Positions 19,111 through 27,246 of a DNA stretch of 64,000 bases are shown piece after piece. The position numbers and the translations under genes were made by a program. This DNA is from an uncultured Lachnospiraceae bacterium. GTDB lineage: Bacteria > Bacillota > Clostridia > Lachnospirales > Lachnospiraceae. Numbering within the stretch: the first letter of the stretch is position 1; every line of letters begins with the position of its first letter. The stretch spans positions 82,824-146,823 of the forward strand of contig CADBXF010000005.1 in NCBI GenBank assembly GCA_902798585.1. The letters are read 5' to 3'. The notes under the pieces were generated by a model that made no database searches, was not told the DNA's origin, and was given only the letters and a program-made list of their open reading frames with translations.

Positions 19111-19668
19111 ATGAAACAGTACAATTTCAAAAACACAACCCTCCGTATGACGATTACCGCACTTTTTACCGCAATGGTTATCATCATGTGCTCTTTTTCC
19201 ATACCGGTTCCCGGCGGACACCTGTATCTGTGCGACGCCGTCATCTGCCTGGCCGCACGGCTGCTCTCCCCCTTTGAGGCTTTCGTGGTCGGCGGAATCG
19301 GGGCGTTTTTAGGCGATTTGATTTTCTATCCGCTGCCGATGTTCGTCTCCCTGGTCGTACACGGTCTGCAGGCGGTTGTCATCTCGCTCATCGCGCACAA
19401 AACCTTCGGCCGTCACCGCATAATCGCTTCGACGATCGGCGTCACCGTCGGCGGCATCATCATGGTGGTCGGATATTTTCTCGGAAAGACATTCATTTAC
19501 AGCAACTATGCGACCGCGCTCATCAAGCTTCCCTACGAAATCGCGCAGGCGGTTCTCGGTGCAGTCCTCGGCGTAGTGCTGTGCCACCATCTCGGTATCC
19601 GCGCTTTATTTCTTCGCATCGTCTCGGAAACGGACGAGCGTGAAGCCCAAAACTGTACCCTTATATAA
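19111..19668 (+). CDS. ECF-transporter S component-like membrane protein
   Basis: About 185 aa with six hydrophobic segments, divergent from the MocR gene. Start at MKQYNF (AGAGG RBS). Substrate unknown. Confidence 0.65.
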   Translation: MKQYNFKNTTLRMTITALFTAMVIIMCSFSIPVPGGHLYLCDAVICLAARLLSPFEAFVVGGIGAFLGDLIFYPLPMFVSLVVHGLQAVVISLIAHKTFGRHRIIASTIGVTVGGIIMVVGYFLGKTFIYSNYATALIKLPYEIAQAVLGAVLGVVLCHHLGIRALFLRIVSETDEREAQNCTLI

Positions 19669-19671
19669 GCA

Positions 19672-19705
19672 AAAGCCTCCGGTCTTGACCGGGGGCTTTT
19701 GTTTT
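19672..19705. terminator. bidirectional rho-independent terminator
   Basis: AAAGCCTCCGGT-loop-ACCGGGGGCTTT, flanked by an A-run upstream and TTTTGTTTT downstream, between convergent genes. Confidence 0.8.
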
Positions 19706-19726
19706 ATCCTTGTGTTCGTTTTTCAA

Positions 19727-20371
19727 TCACAAATCGGTCTCATCGGGCATCTCCGGCGCGACATTTCCTGCATCCGCGGAGTTCACCTGCGCCTGATACG
19801 GCTGCGTCGGCATTCCGTCCGCATTGTAGGGTGCCATCGGCGCTCCCGGCATTCCGTAATACGGCTGAGCGGGCATTCCGTTCGCATTATACGGCGCGCT
19901 CGGCGCTCCCGGTATTCCGTAGTACGGCTGTGCGGGCATTCCGTTCGCATTGTACGGCGCGGTCGGCGCTCCCGGCATTCCGTAGTACGGCTGCGTCGGC
20001 ATTCCGTTGTAAGGGTACACCGGCGCTCCCGGCTGCTGAACCGGAGGAACATCGCCTAATACGCTGCTTCCCGGAGTGCTGTAAAAGCTGTTCGGATAAC
20101 CGTTGTTGCCCGGATACCCGCCGTTATCGCGAAACACATTCGGAGCCGAATTGTCATCTCCGTAGTACCGGTCAAGGAATCCGGCCTCCGGCTCCTTGGG
20201 AACAATCAGCGCAAGCAGGATATAGACCCACAAGCCGATGGAACCCGCAAAAAACAAAATAACCGTGATAACCCGGATGACCGAGGAGTCCATACCGAGA
20301 TATTTTGCAATGCCGCCGCACAATCCCGCAAAGACCGAATCGGTCCTGCTTCGATACAATTTCTTTCCCAT
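19727..20371 (-). CDS. PspC domain-containing membrane protein with Pro/Tyr/Gly-rich repeat tail
   Basis: MGKKLYRSRTDSVFAGLCGGIAKYLGMDSSVIRVITVILFF (PspC domain), a TM segment, then repeats PYNANGMPAQPYYGMPGAP. Start at 20371 (GGAGG RBS). Confidence 0.85.
   Translation of the reverse strand: MGKKLYRSRTDSVFAGLCGGIAKYLGMDSSVIRVITVILFFAGSIGLWVYILLALIVPKEPEAGFLDRYYGDDNSAPNVFRDNGGYPGNNGYPNSFYSTPGSSVLGDVPPVQQPGAPVYPYNGMPTQPYYGMPGAPTAPYNANGMPAQPYYGIPGAPSAPYNANGMPAQPYYGMPGAPMAPYNADGMPTQPYQAQVNSADAGNVAPEMPDETDL
19795..20035 (-). repeat. 63-bp in-frame tandem repeat inside the PspC gene
   Basis: CGGCGCTCCCGGC recurs at 19838, 19901 and 19964 (63-bp period) and at 20021, encoding 21-aa PGAP.APYNANGMPAQPYYG. 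units. Confidence 0.85.
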
Positions 20372-20536
20372 AATAAAACCTCCGTTTCCACTTACACCGG
20401 GCAATACCGCCATGCATCGCCGCGACTGTGTAAATATTATTTACACATTTGCAATACTACCACATTTTCGAAGCGCTGTCAACAAGTAAGCGGCACTCCG
20501 GGCGAAGAAATCGCTGCCGGAATGCCGCCGTGTTTT

Positions 20537-22543
20537 TTAATCAAGCTCTGTCGCGCCCGTGTACAACTCGTAATAACGGCCCTTCTGTGCAAGAAGATCG
20601 TCATGGTCGCCGCGCTCGATAATCTCACCGTGCTCAAGCACCATAATCGCGTTCGCATTGCGGACCGTCGAGAGGCGGTGCGCGATGACAAATGTCGTGC
20701 GGTTCTTCATCAGGCGATCCATACCGTGCTCAATATGTCGCTCGGTTCTCGTGTCGACCGAGCTCGTCGCCTCGTCGAGGACGAGAATCGGCGCCTTCGA
20801 GAGCGCTGCGCGGGCGATATTCAGAAGCTGGCGCTGACCCTGCGAGAGATTCGCGCCGTCGCCCTCAAGCTTCGTGTTGTAACCGTCCGAAAGACGCATG
20901 ATAAAGCTGTGTGCCGAGGCGGTCTTGGCGGCCGCGATAACCTCGTCGTCGGTCGCATCCAGACGGCCGTAGCGGATATTTTCCATGACCGTTCCGGAGA
21001 AGAGGTGCGTGTCCTGAAGCACCATCGCGATATTTTTGCGAAGCACGTCCCTCTTAATGTTTTTCACATCCACACCGTCGATGGTAATGGTTCCCTCCTC
21101 GATATCATAGAAGCGGTTTAAGAGGTTCGTAATCGTCGTCTTGCCCGCGCCGGTGGAACCGACAAAGGCAATCTTCTGACCGGGCTTTGCGTAAAGGTTG
21201 ATGTCCTTGAGAACCGTTCTGTCGGGGTTGTAGCCGAAGGACACATGGTCCATGATCACATATCCCTTCATCTCGGGCATCGCGTCCGCATCCGCCGCAT
21301 CCGGAGCCTCCGGAACCTCGTCCATCACCTCAAACACACGCTCCGCACCTGCGAGAGCCGAGAAGATGGTTGCCATTTGCTGCGAGAGCGAGTTGATCGG
21401 CATTGCAAACTGCCGCGAGTACCCTGCGAACACCGTGAGACCGCCGGCGGTAATTTTCCCTGCAAGCATCAGCACGCCGCCGATACCGACAGTCGCCGCG
21501 AAGGAAATCTGCGATGTGTTGCCCATAATCGGTCCGGTCACGCCGCCCCAGAACTGCGCCTTGAACTGCTTGTCGCGCATATCGTCGTTGAGTGCGGAAA
21601 ATTCCTCCACACAGCACTGCTCATGATTGAATACCTTAACGATTTTCTGGCCCGTGACCGTCTCCTCGATGTAGCCGTTCACGGCGCCGAGAGCACTCTG
21701 CTGCGCTGCATAGTATTTGCGGCTCAGTTTGCCGATGGTCACGCCGCCGAAGAAGAACAGCGGGATAAACACAACCGTAATCAGCGTGAGAATCCAGCTC
21801 GTCGTAATCATGAAGACAAAGGTTCCGATCAGCGTCACGGTTCCCGAAATCAACTGCGTAAACGAGTTGTTGATCATGACATCGATATTGTCGATATCGT
21901 TGGTGAAGCGGGACATAATCTCGCCGGTCTGATGCGAATCGAAATACCGCACGGGAAGCCGCTGAAGCTTTTCAAAGAGGTCGTTTCGAATGCGCTCAAT
22001 CATTCCCTGGGAGATGGAGAGCATCAGCCTTGCCTGAACATAGGTCGTGATGATGCCGATGCAGTAGATTGCGCCGAGCATAATCAACGCCGCCAGAACA
22101 TAGGTCATAACCTTGCCGCCGTCCGAGAACAAGGTGTTCGAGAGGTCGGAAATCCAGCTGTCGGTCAGTTTTTCGAAGACCGACGGCTTCGCGGTCGCCT
22201 TGTCCGCAACATTTTTCACGGGCTCGAGCTTGCCCTCGGCAATGAGCCGCGCGATTTTCGACTGCGGCACTGCGCCTGCAATCTTATTGATAATCGGGGC
22301 GAGTAAAAATCCGCCCACGAGGCTTGTGACAGTCGTCAGAAGCATACAGCATAAAACAAGTGCGAAACGGAACCGGAAGCCCCTCATGTAAGTGATGAGG
22401 CGCGCGATGGTCTTCTTCGCGCTCTTCGGCTTGCCGCCGCCCATTCCGCGGCCGCGGGGACCTCCCTGCGGGCGCTGCTTGAATGCATTTTTCCTTGCGA
22501 TGCTGTTGTATTGTTCCTGCAGTTTTTCAAGTGATCTTGCCAT
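20537..22543 (-). CDS. ABC transporter ATP-binding/permease protein (type I exporter half-transporter)
   Basis: 668 aa. TMD followed by NBD: Walker A GSTGAGKTT, signature LSQGQRQ, Walker B LVLDEATS. Confidence 0.92.
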   Translation of the reverse strand: MARSLEKLQEQYNSIARKNAFKQRPQGGPRGRGMGGGKPKSAKKTIARLITYMRGFRFRFALVLCCMLLTTVTSLVGGFLLAPIINKIAGAVPQSKIARLIAEGKLEPVKNVADKATAKPSVFEKLTDSWISDLSNTLFSDGGKVMTYVLAALIMLGAIYCIGIITTYVQARLMLSISQGMIERIRNDLFEKLQRLPVRYFDSHQTGEIMSRFTNDIDNIDVMINNSFTQLISGTVTLIGTFVFMITTSWILTLITVVFIPLFFFGGVTIGKLSRKYYAAQQSALGAVNGYIEETVTGQKIVKVFNHEQCCVEEFSALNDDMRDKQFKAQFWGGVTGPIMGNTSQISFAATVGIGGVLMLAGKITAGGLTVFAGYSRQFAMPINSLSQQMATIFSALAGAERVFEVMDEVPEAPDAADADAMPEMKGYVIMDHVSFGYNPDRTVLKDINLYAKPGQKIAFVGSTGAGKTTITNLLNRFYDIEEGTITIDGVDVKNIKRDVLRKNIAMVLQDTHLFSGTVMENIRYGRLDATDDEVIAAAKTASAHSFIMRLSDGYNTKLEGDGANLSQGQRQLLNIARAALSKAPILVLDEATSSVDTRTERHIEHGMDRLMKNRTTFVIAHRLSTVRNANAIMVLEHGEIIERGDHDDLLAQKGRYYELYTGATELD

Positions 22544-22546
22544 TTC

Positions 22547-24328
22547 TCACGCCCCCTTTCCCGTCTGCGATTCATAGATTTCGCGGTACTCGGTATTGTT
22601 CGCGAGAAGCTCGTCGTGCGTGCCCATGCCGGTGATGACGCCGTCGTCCATAACGATGATGGTGTCGGCATCCTGCACCGAGCTGATGCGCTGCGCGATA
22701 ATCAGCTTCGTGGCTCTGCGGAGATTATCCGTGTAGGGATCGGCCTCCTCACCCGCCACGGCCTTCTCGGAAAATGCTCTCCGGATCTGTGCCTCGGTCG
22801 CCGTATCGACGGCGCTCGTCGAGTCGTCCAGAATCAGGATTTTCGGCTTCTTCAGAAGCGCTCTCGCGATACACAGACGCTGCTTCTGGCCGCCGGAGAC
22901 ATTGGCTCCGCCCTGCTCAATCTGCGACTCGTAGCCGTCGCTGAAAGCGGAGACGAATTTGTCGGCCTGCGCGTATTCCGCCATGCGGCGGATTTCCTCG
23001 TCCGAAGCGTTCTCGTCGCCCCAGCGCAGGTTCTCCGCAACCGTTCCCGAGAAGAGCGTGTTCTTCTGCAAAACCATCGCAACACCCTCGCGGAGGTTGT
23101 AAAGCGAGTAGTCACGCACATTCACGCCGTCCACCAAAACCTCTCCCTCGTCGCAGTCATACAGTCTCGGAATCATCGAAACGAGCGTCGTCTTACCGCA
23201 GCCCGTGGAGCCGATAATGCCGACAGTGGAGCCGGCCTTTATGTCGAGGTTAATGTTGTTTAAGACCTTTTCCTCACTGTTTTTGTAATAGCGGAAGGAG
23301 ACATTCCGGAAGGAGATGTTGCCCTCCGACACAGCCAAATCCTTATATGCCGCATCATCGTCCGTAAGGTCGAGCGGCTCCTCCATAATCTCGCGGATAC
23401 GCTTTGCGGATGCAAGCGCACGGGACGAGAACATCAGCATGAATGTAACCATGACGAGCGACATCAGAATCTGCGTCACATAAGTGAGGAACGCCGAGAG
23501 GTCGCCAATCATGAAATCGTTCGCCTCATCGAGAACCATCGGCCCGCCGAGAAGCACAACGGCGATGATGGTGCCGTTCATAAACAAAGTCATCACGGGC
23601 GACATGAAAATCATGACCTTCGCCGCGGAGATGCCCGCCGCCTTTAAATCGGCGTTCGAGGCATGGAACTTCTCCGTCTCGAAATCCTCACGGACAAAGC
23701 TCTTCACAACACGGACATTCGTGACATTTTCCTGCACGGCTGAGTTCAGCGCATCGACCTTCTTCTGCACGCGGCCGAACCGCGGGAACCCGGTGAGGAT
23801 AATGCCTCCGACCGCCACGAGCATCACGGGGATGGACACCGCAAATACCACCGAGAGCGGAGGATTCATGATGATTGCCATAATCAGCGCGCCGATCATC
23901 ATGCCGGGCGCACGAAGCGCCATGCGGAGCCCCATGTTGATCATGTTCTGCACCTGGGTGATATCGTTCGTAAGACGAGTCACCAGAGAGCCCGTGGAAA
24001 ATTTGTCGATGTTCGCGAAGGAGTACTGCTGAATCCGGCGATAGCCGTCCTCGCGCAGATCCGCCGCGAAACTCACGGACGCCTTCGACGCAAAATAGGC
24101 GCCGCCGATGCCGCCGGCCATCATGATGATTGCCGTCAGAATCATCAATCCCATAACGCCTAAGCTTACGCCGGTTGTAAGCGATCCGTCCTCCGCTCCG
24201 TTGATTACGACCGCAAGAAGCTTCGGCATGACAAGCTCGCCGACGACCTCCACGATCATGCACAGCGGTCCGAGGATGAAAAATGCCTTGTACGGCATGA
24301 TGTACTTGGACCAGTTTAATCGTTGCAT
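22547..24328 (-). CDS. ABC transporter ATP-binding/permease protein (heterodimer partner)
   Basis: 593 aa. GSTGCGKTT, VSGGQKQR, LILDDSTS. 3-nt gap to its partner. Confidence 0.92.
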   Translation of the reverse strand: MQRLNWSKYIMPYKAFFILGPLCMIVEVVGELVMPKLLAVVINGAEDGSLTTGVSLGVMGLMILTAIIMMAGGIGGAYFASKASVSFAADLREDGYRRIQQYSFANIDKFSTGSLVTRLTNDITQVQNMINMGLRMALRAPGMMIGALIMAIIMNPPLSVVFAVSIPVMLVAVGGIILTGFPRFGRVQKKVDALNSAVQENVTNVRVVKSFVREDFETEKFHASNADLKAAGISAAKVMIFMSPVMTLFMNGTIIAVVLLGGPMVLDEANDFMIGDLSAFLTYVTQILMSLVMVTFMLMFSSRALASAKRIREIMEEPLDLTDDDAAYKDLAVSEGNISFRNVSFRYYKNSEEKVLNNINLDIKAGSTVGIIGSTGCGKTTLVSMIPRLYDCDEGEVLVDGVNVRDYSLYNLREGVAMVLQKNTLFSGTVAENLRWGDENASDEEIRRMAEYAQADKFVSAFSDGYESQIEQGGANVSGGQKQRLCIARALLKKPKILILDDSTSAVDTATEAQIRRAFSEKAVAGEEADPYTDNLRRATKLIIAQRISSVQDADTIIVMDDGVITGMGTHDELLANNTEYREIYESQTGKGA

Positions 24329-24430
24329 GTGTGTATGTTTCCTTTCTTCATTTCCCTTTCATCTCCGACCGGCCTTCCTCTTTATGTCAGGCGTCCGGAA
24401 TCCGCAGCCCCGTTTTCTCCCGCACACCGC

Positions 24431-24901
24431 TCACTCAAGTGTCGCGACCTCCGGGCTGTAGTTGCGGAGATTTTCCTGCATCCGGGACAACACTTCCGCA
24501 AACTGCGCAAGCTCCCCCTCCGACAATCCCGCGAGCATCGCTTCGTCAAGCGCCTGGTAGAGTTCCCATGAACGGTGCACGATATCCATTCCCGCGGGCG
24601 TGATTGCGATATATTTTGCGCGGCTGTTGCCGTCCGCCTCGGTTCTCGTGACAAACCCCGCCTTCTCAAGCTTCTGCAGCGTTACCGTGACCGCAGCGGG
24701 ACTGATTTCAAAAGCCTTCGCAAGCTCCGCCTGGGTCGGCGGCTGCGTGCAATGCGCCAGATGCATCAACATCATATGCTGGCTCCGGTGAATCCCGAGC
24801 TTCTTCACCTGCGATTCCGCGGCGCAGCGGTGAAACCGGTCCGTTCGCAGGAAAGACATGACAATCCGAAAATGATCCGACGGTTGATGGATGGTGCTCA
24901 C
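24431..24901 (-). CDS. MarR family transcriptional regulator
   Basis: wHTH QHMMLMHLAHCTQPPTQAELAKAFEISPAAVTVTLQKLEKAGFVTR. First gene of the exporter operon. Confidence 0.9.
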   Translation of the reverse strand: MSTIHQPSDHFRIVMSFLRTDRFHRCAAESQVKKLGIHRSQHMMLMHLAHCTQPPTQAELAKAFEISPAAVTVTLQKLEKAGFVTRTEADGNSRAKYIAITPAGMDIVHRSWELYQALDEAMLAGLSEGELAQFAEVLSRMQENLRNYSPEVATLE

Positions 24902-24965
24902 AAGCTCCTCCTTTCACGAAAAATCCGCCCCGGCAGGTGCGAAATCTGCGCGGCGGAGCACTGTA

Positions 24966-24993
24966 TTAACATGTTAATTGTTAACGCGTTAAC
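24966..24993. promoter_or_regulatory. two adjacent perfect palindromes, candidate MarR operator
   Basis: TTAACATGTTAA (24966-24977) and GTTAACGCGTTAAC (24980-24993), about 65-90 nt upstream of the marR start. Confidence 0.5.
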
Positions 24994-25232
24994 TATAGCA
25001 CCGGCGAGGCGGATTGTCAACGCAAAATTTTGGTCTTATGTTAAGCAATACTTATGTTTTGTATTAGTATTTATTATGTTCTTTTAAAGAAAAGCACATC
25101 CCAAAGTTCACCAGGTGTGATATACTAACTGTATGTATTTGGAAGCCATAAGTATGTTGAGAAGAGAGAGATTCGGTTTTTGCCGTATCCGGCTTCCTAT
25201 GCGCAAAAACTACGATAAAGGGGGCTGCTTTC

Positions 25233-26291
25233 ATGACCTTTGAAGAAATCATGAACTACGCCAGAAAGAACCAGTGCTCCGACATCCACATTACTGTCGG
25301 AACAGCATTGGCCGTTCGTCGCTTCGGTGTCCTGACCATTCTTGATCCGGTTCCCACCGCCGACGAATCGAGACAGATGATTTACTCCTTCCTCAACGAA
25401 GATCAGCAGAATTGGGTGAACTCCGGCAAGGATCTTGATGTCGGTGTTATGCTGCCCGACGGGCTTCGTATCCGTGCGAATGTGTATCATCAGAGAAACA
25501 ATCTTGCTGCGAGCATCCGTATCCTGCAGCAGACGATTCCGACCTTCGACAAGCTCGGTCTTCCGACCGCAATCCGCGCGATGGCCGAGACGCCCCGCGG
25601 ACTCGTTCTCGTAACCGGTCCCACTGGTTCGGGTAAGTCCACGACACTTGCCTCGATTGTCAACTACATCAACATGAACAGCGCTCGTCACATCCTCACG
25701 ATTGAGGACCCGATCGAGTATGTTTACCCGCACAACAAGGCGATGATTCACCAGCGCGAGGTCGGCAAGGATGTTTCCTCGTTCTCGCTTGCACTCCGCT
25801 CCGCTCTCCGTGAGGATCCCGATGTTATCCTTGTAGGTGAGATGCGTGACTACGAGACCATCTCCGCGGCAATCACCGCTGCCGAGACCGGACACCTCGT
25901 GCTTTCCACCCTGCACACCACTTCGGCTGCGCAGACCGTGGAGCGTATCATCGACGCCAGCCCTTTGGATGCCCAGGAGCAGATTCGTGCGCAGTTCGCC
26001 AATGTTATCCGCGGCGTCTTCACACAGCAGCTGCTTCCGCTCAAGGACGGTTCCGGCCGTGTTCTCGCATCCGAGGTTATGCTTGCAACGCCCGCCATCA
26101 CCAATCTCATTCGTGAGAGCAAGACCATCCAGATTCCGAGCCTGCTGCAGCAAAGCCGTTCGCAGGGCATGAGCACCATGAATGACGCCCTCGCCGATTT
26201 GGTTCGCCGCGACCTTGTAAGCCTCATCGAGGCGAAGAAGGTTTCGCCGGATGCCCAGTCGCTTGTAAAGGCAATTCACGGAAACTTCTGA
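25233..26291 (+). CDS. pilT: type IV pilus retraction ATPase PilT
   Basis: 352 aa. Walker A GPTGSGKSTT, ILVGEMRD, GHLVLSTLHT, all typical of the PilT/PilU family. Confidence 0.9.
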   Translation: MTFEEIMNYARKNQCSDIHITVGTALAVRRFGVLTILDPVPTADESRQMIYSFLNEDQQNWVNSGKDLDVGVMLPDGLRIRANVYHQRNNLAASIRILQQTIPTFDKLGLPTAIRAMAETPRGLVLVTGPTGSGKSTTLASIVNYINMNSARHILTIEDPIEYVYPHNKAMIHQREVGKDVSSFSLALRSALREDPDVILVGEMRDYETISAAITAAETGHLVLSTLHTTSAAQTVERIIDASPLDAQEQIRAQFANVIRGVFTQQLLPLKDGSGRVLASEVMLATPAITNLIRESKTIQIPSLLQQSRSQGMSTMNDALADLVRRDLVSLIEAKKVSPDAQSLVKAIHGNF

Positions 26292-26314
26292 TTTATCCAA
26301 AACAAAAGATAAGG

Positions 26315-26343
26315 CGAGGTCAGACAACTGACCTCGTCTTTTT
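26315..26343 (+). terminator. rho-independent terminator of pilT
   Basis: CGAGGTCAG-ACAA-CTGACCTCG followed by TCTTTTTG. Confidence 0.85.
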
Positions 26344-26386
26344 GTTACATATATGCGGCGCAGTGCACCCGGGATTTTCTGTGGAT

Positions 26387-26923
26387 TTATTCGCCGATTG
26401 ATTTATAGATTCCGATTAAGTCCAGTATTTCCTGCTTATTATTCTCAATAAACGAATTGATAACAGCCTGTGATTCGCCGGAAAAGCCGCTTCCGTTCAG
26501 GAGATTTCCGTTTTCGTCAATCTTTGCCATGTAAGCAACAATTCCCTTCTCTTCTAAAACTGTAGTAATCAGCAGTCCGAATTTCGTTGAAGACATATAT
26601 CTCCACGCCAGCAGGCAAGCTGTCGGCTTTTGCTCCTCCGACCCCAAAACTACCCTGTTGCTCCCTTTTCGCTGAACATGAACCTCGCCGTAAAAATCGA
26701 AAAGGTAAAATCCTCTGGCTGAAATCTCATAATCGCCATCTTCAAAAGCATACCATAATCCTTCTTCGTCTCCGCGAAAGAAAGGTTTCATGGTCACTTC
26801 CGAGCAAACACGATGCACCCCCCAGTAAAGAATCGCAACTCCCACCAAGACTACGGCTGTTAATGCAATTCTGCGAATCCGTTTCTTTTTCTTTGAAATA
26901 CCCTCCATAATACCCCCCTTCAT
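26387..26923 (-). CDS. hypothetical N-terminally anchored protein (lower-GC)
   Basis: Lys/Arg cluster KKKKRIRR, a TM segment IALTAVVLVGVAILYWGV, then about 140 aa of unknown domain. The start is uncertain (26923 or 26908). Confidence 0.5.
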   Translation of the reverse strand: MKGGIMEGISKKKKRIRRIALTAVVLVGVAILYWGVHRVCSEVTMKPFFRGDEEGLWYAFEDGDYEISARGFYLFDFYGEVHVQRKGSNRVVLGSEEQKPTACLLAWRYMSSTKFGLLITTVLEEKGIVAYMAKIDENGNLLNGSGFSGESQAVINSFIENNKQEILDLIGIYKSIGE

Positions 26924-26976
26924 GTTCGCGTCATTTTGCTGCGCGGGGTCGTCCCCTGCCATAGAATGCTCCAATA

Positions 26977-27228
26977 TTATTTGTGATGCGTCGCATGCTT
27001 TCTGGTAAGAAAGAGACTGCGCACCCATTCTTCTCCCTCGTCTGAGTTACTCCCTAATTTTATCCTAAAATACGCCGTATCCGTCTTGGCCTTAATTTCA
27101 GATTTAGACCATACTCCGCCCTTTTTCCATGAGCTCTCACACCACGACTGGCCAAGATTATGTAAACCGGCCTTAGCATATGTATCATCCAATATTGTAT
27201 TCGCCCACGCATAATACTCATTTATCAA
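26977..27228 (-). CDS. hypothetical small protein (possibly the 5' part of a frameshifted gene)
   Basis: 83-aa ORF starting 19 nt after the deacetylase stop. No recognised motif. Overlaps the extended reading frame of the next ORF. Confidence 0.3.
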   Translation of the reverse strand: MINEYYAWANTILDDTYAKAGLHNLGQSWCESSWKKGGVWSKSEIKAKTDTAYFRIKLGSNSDEGEEWVRSLFLTRKHATHHK

Positions 27229-27246
27229 AAATGTTTCAAAACCGCA

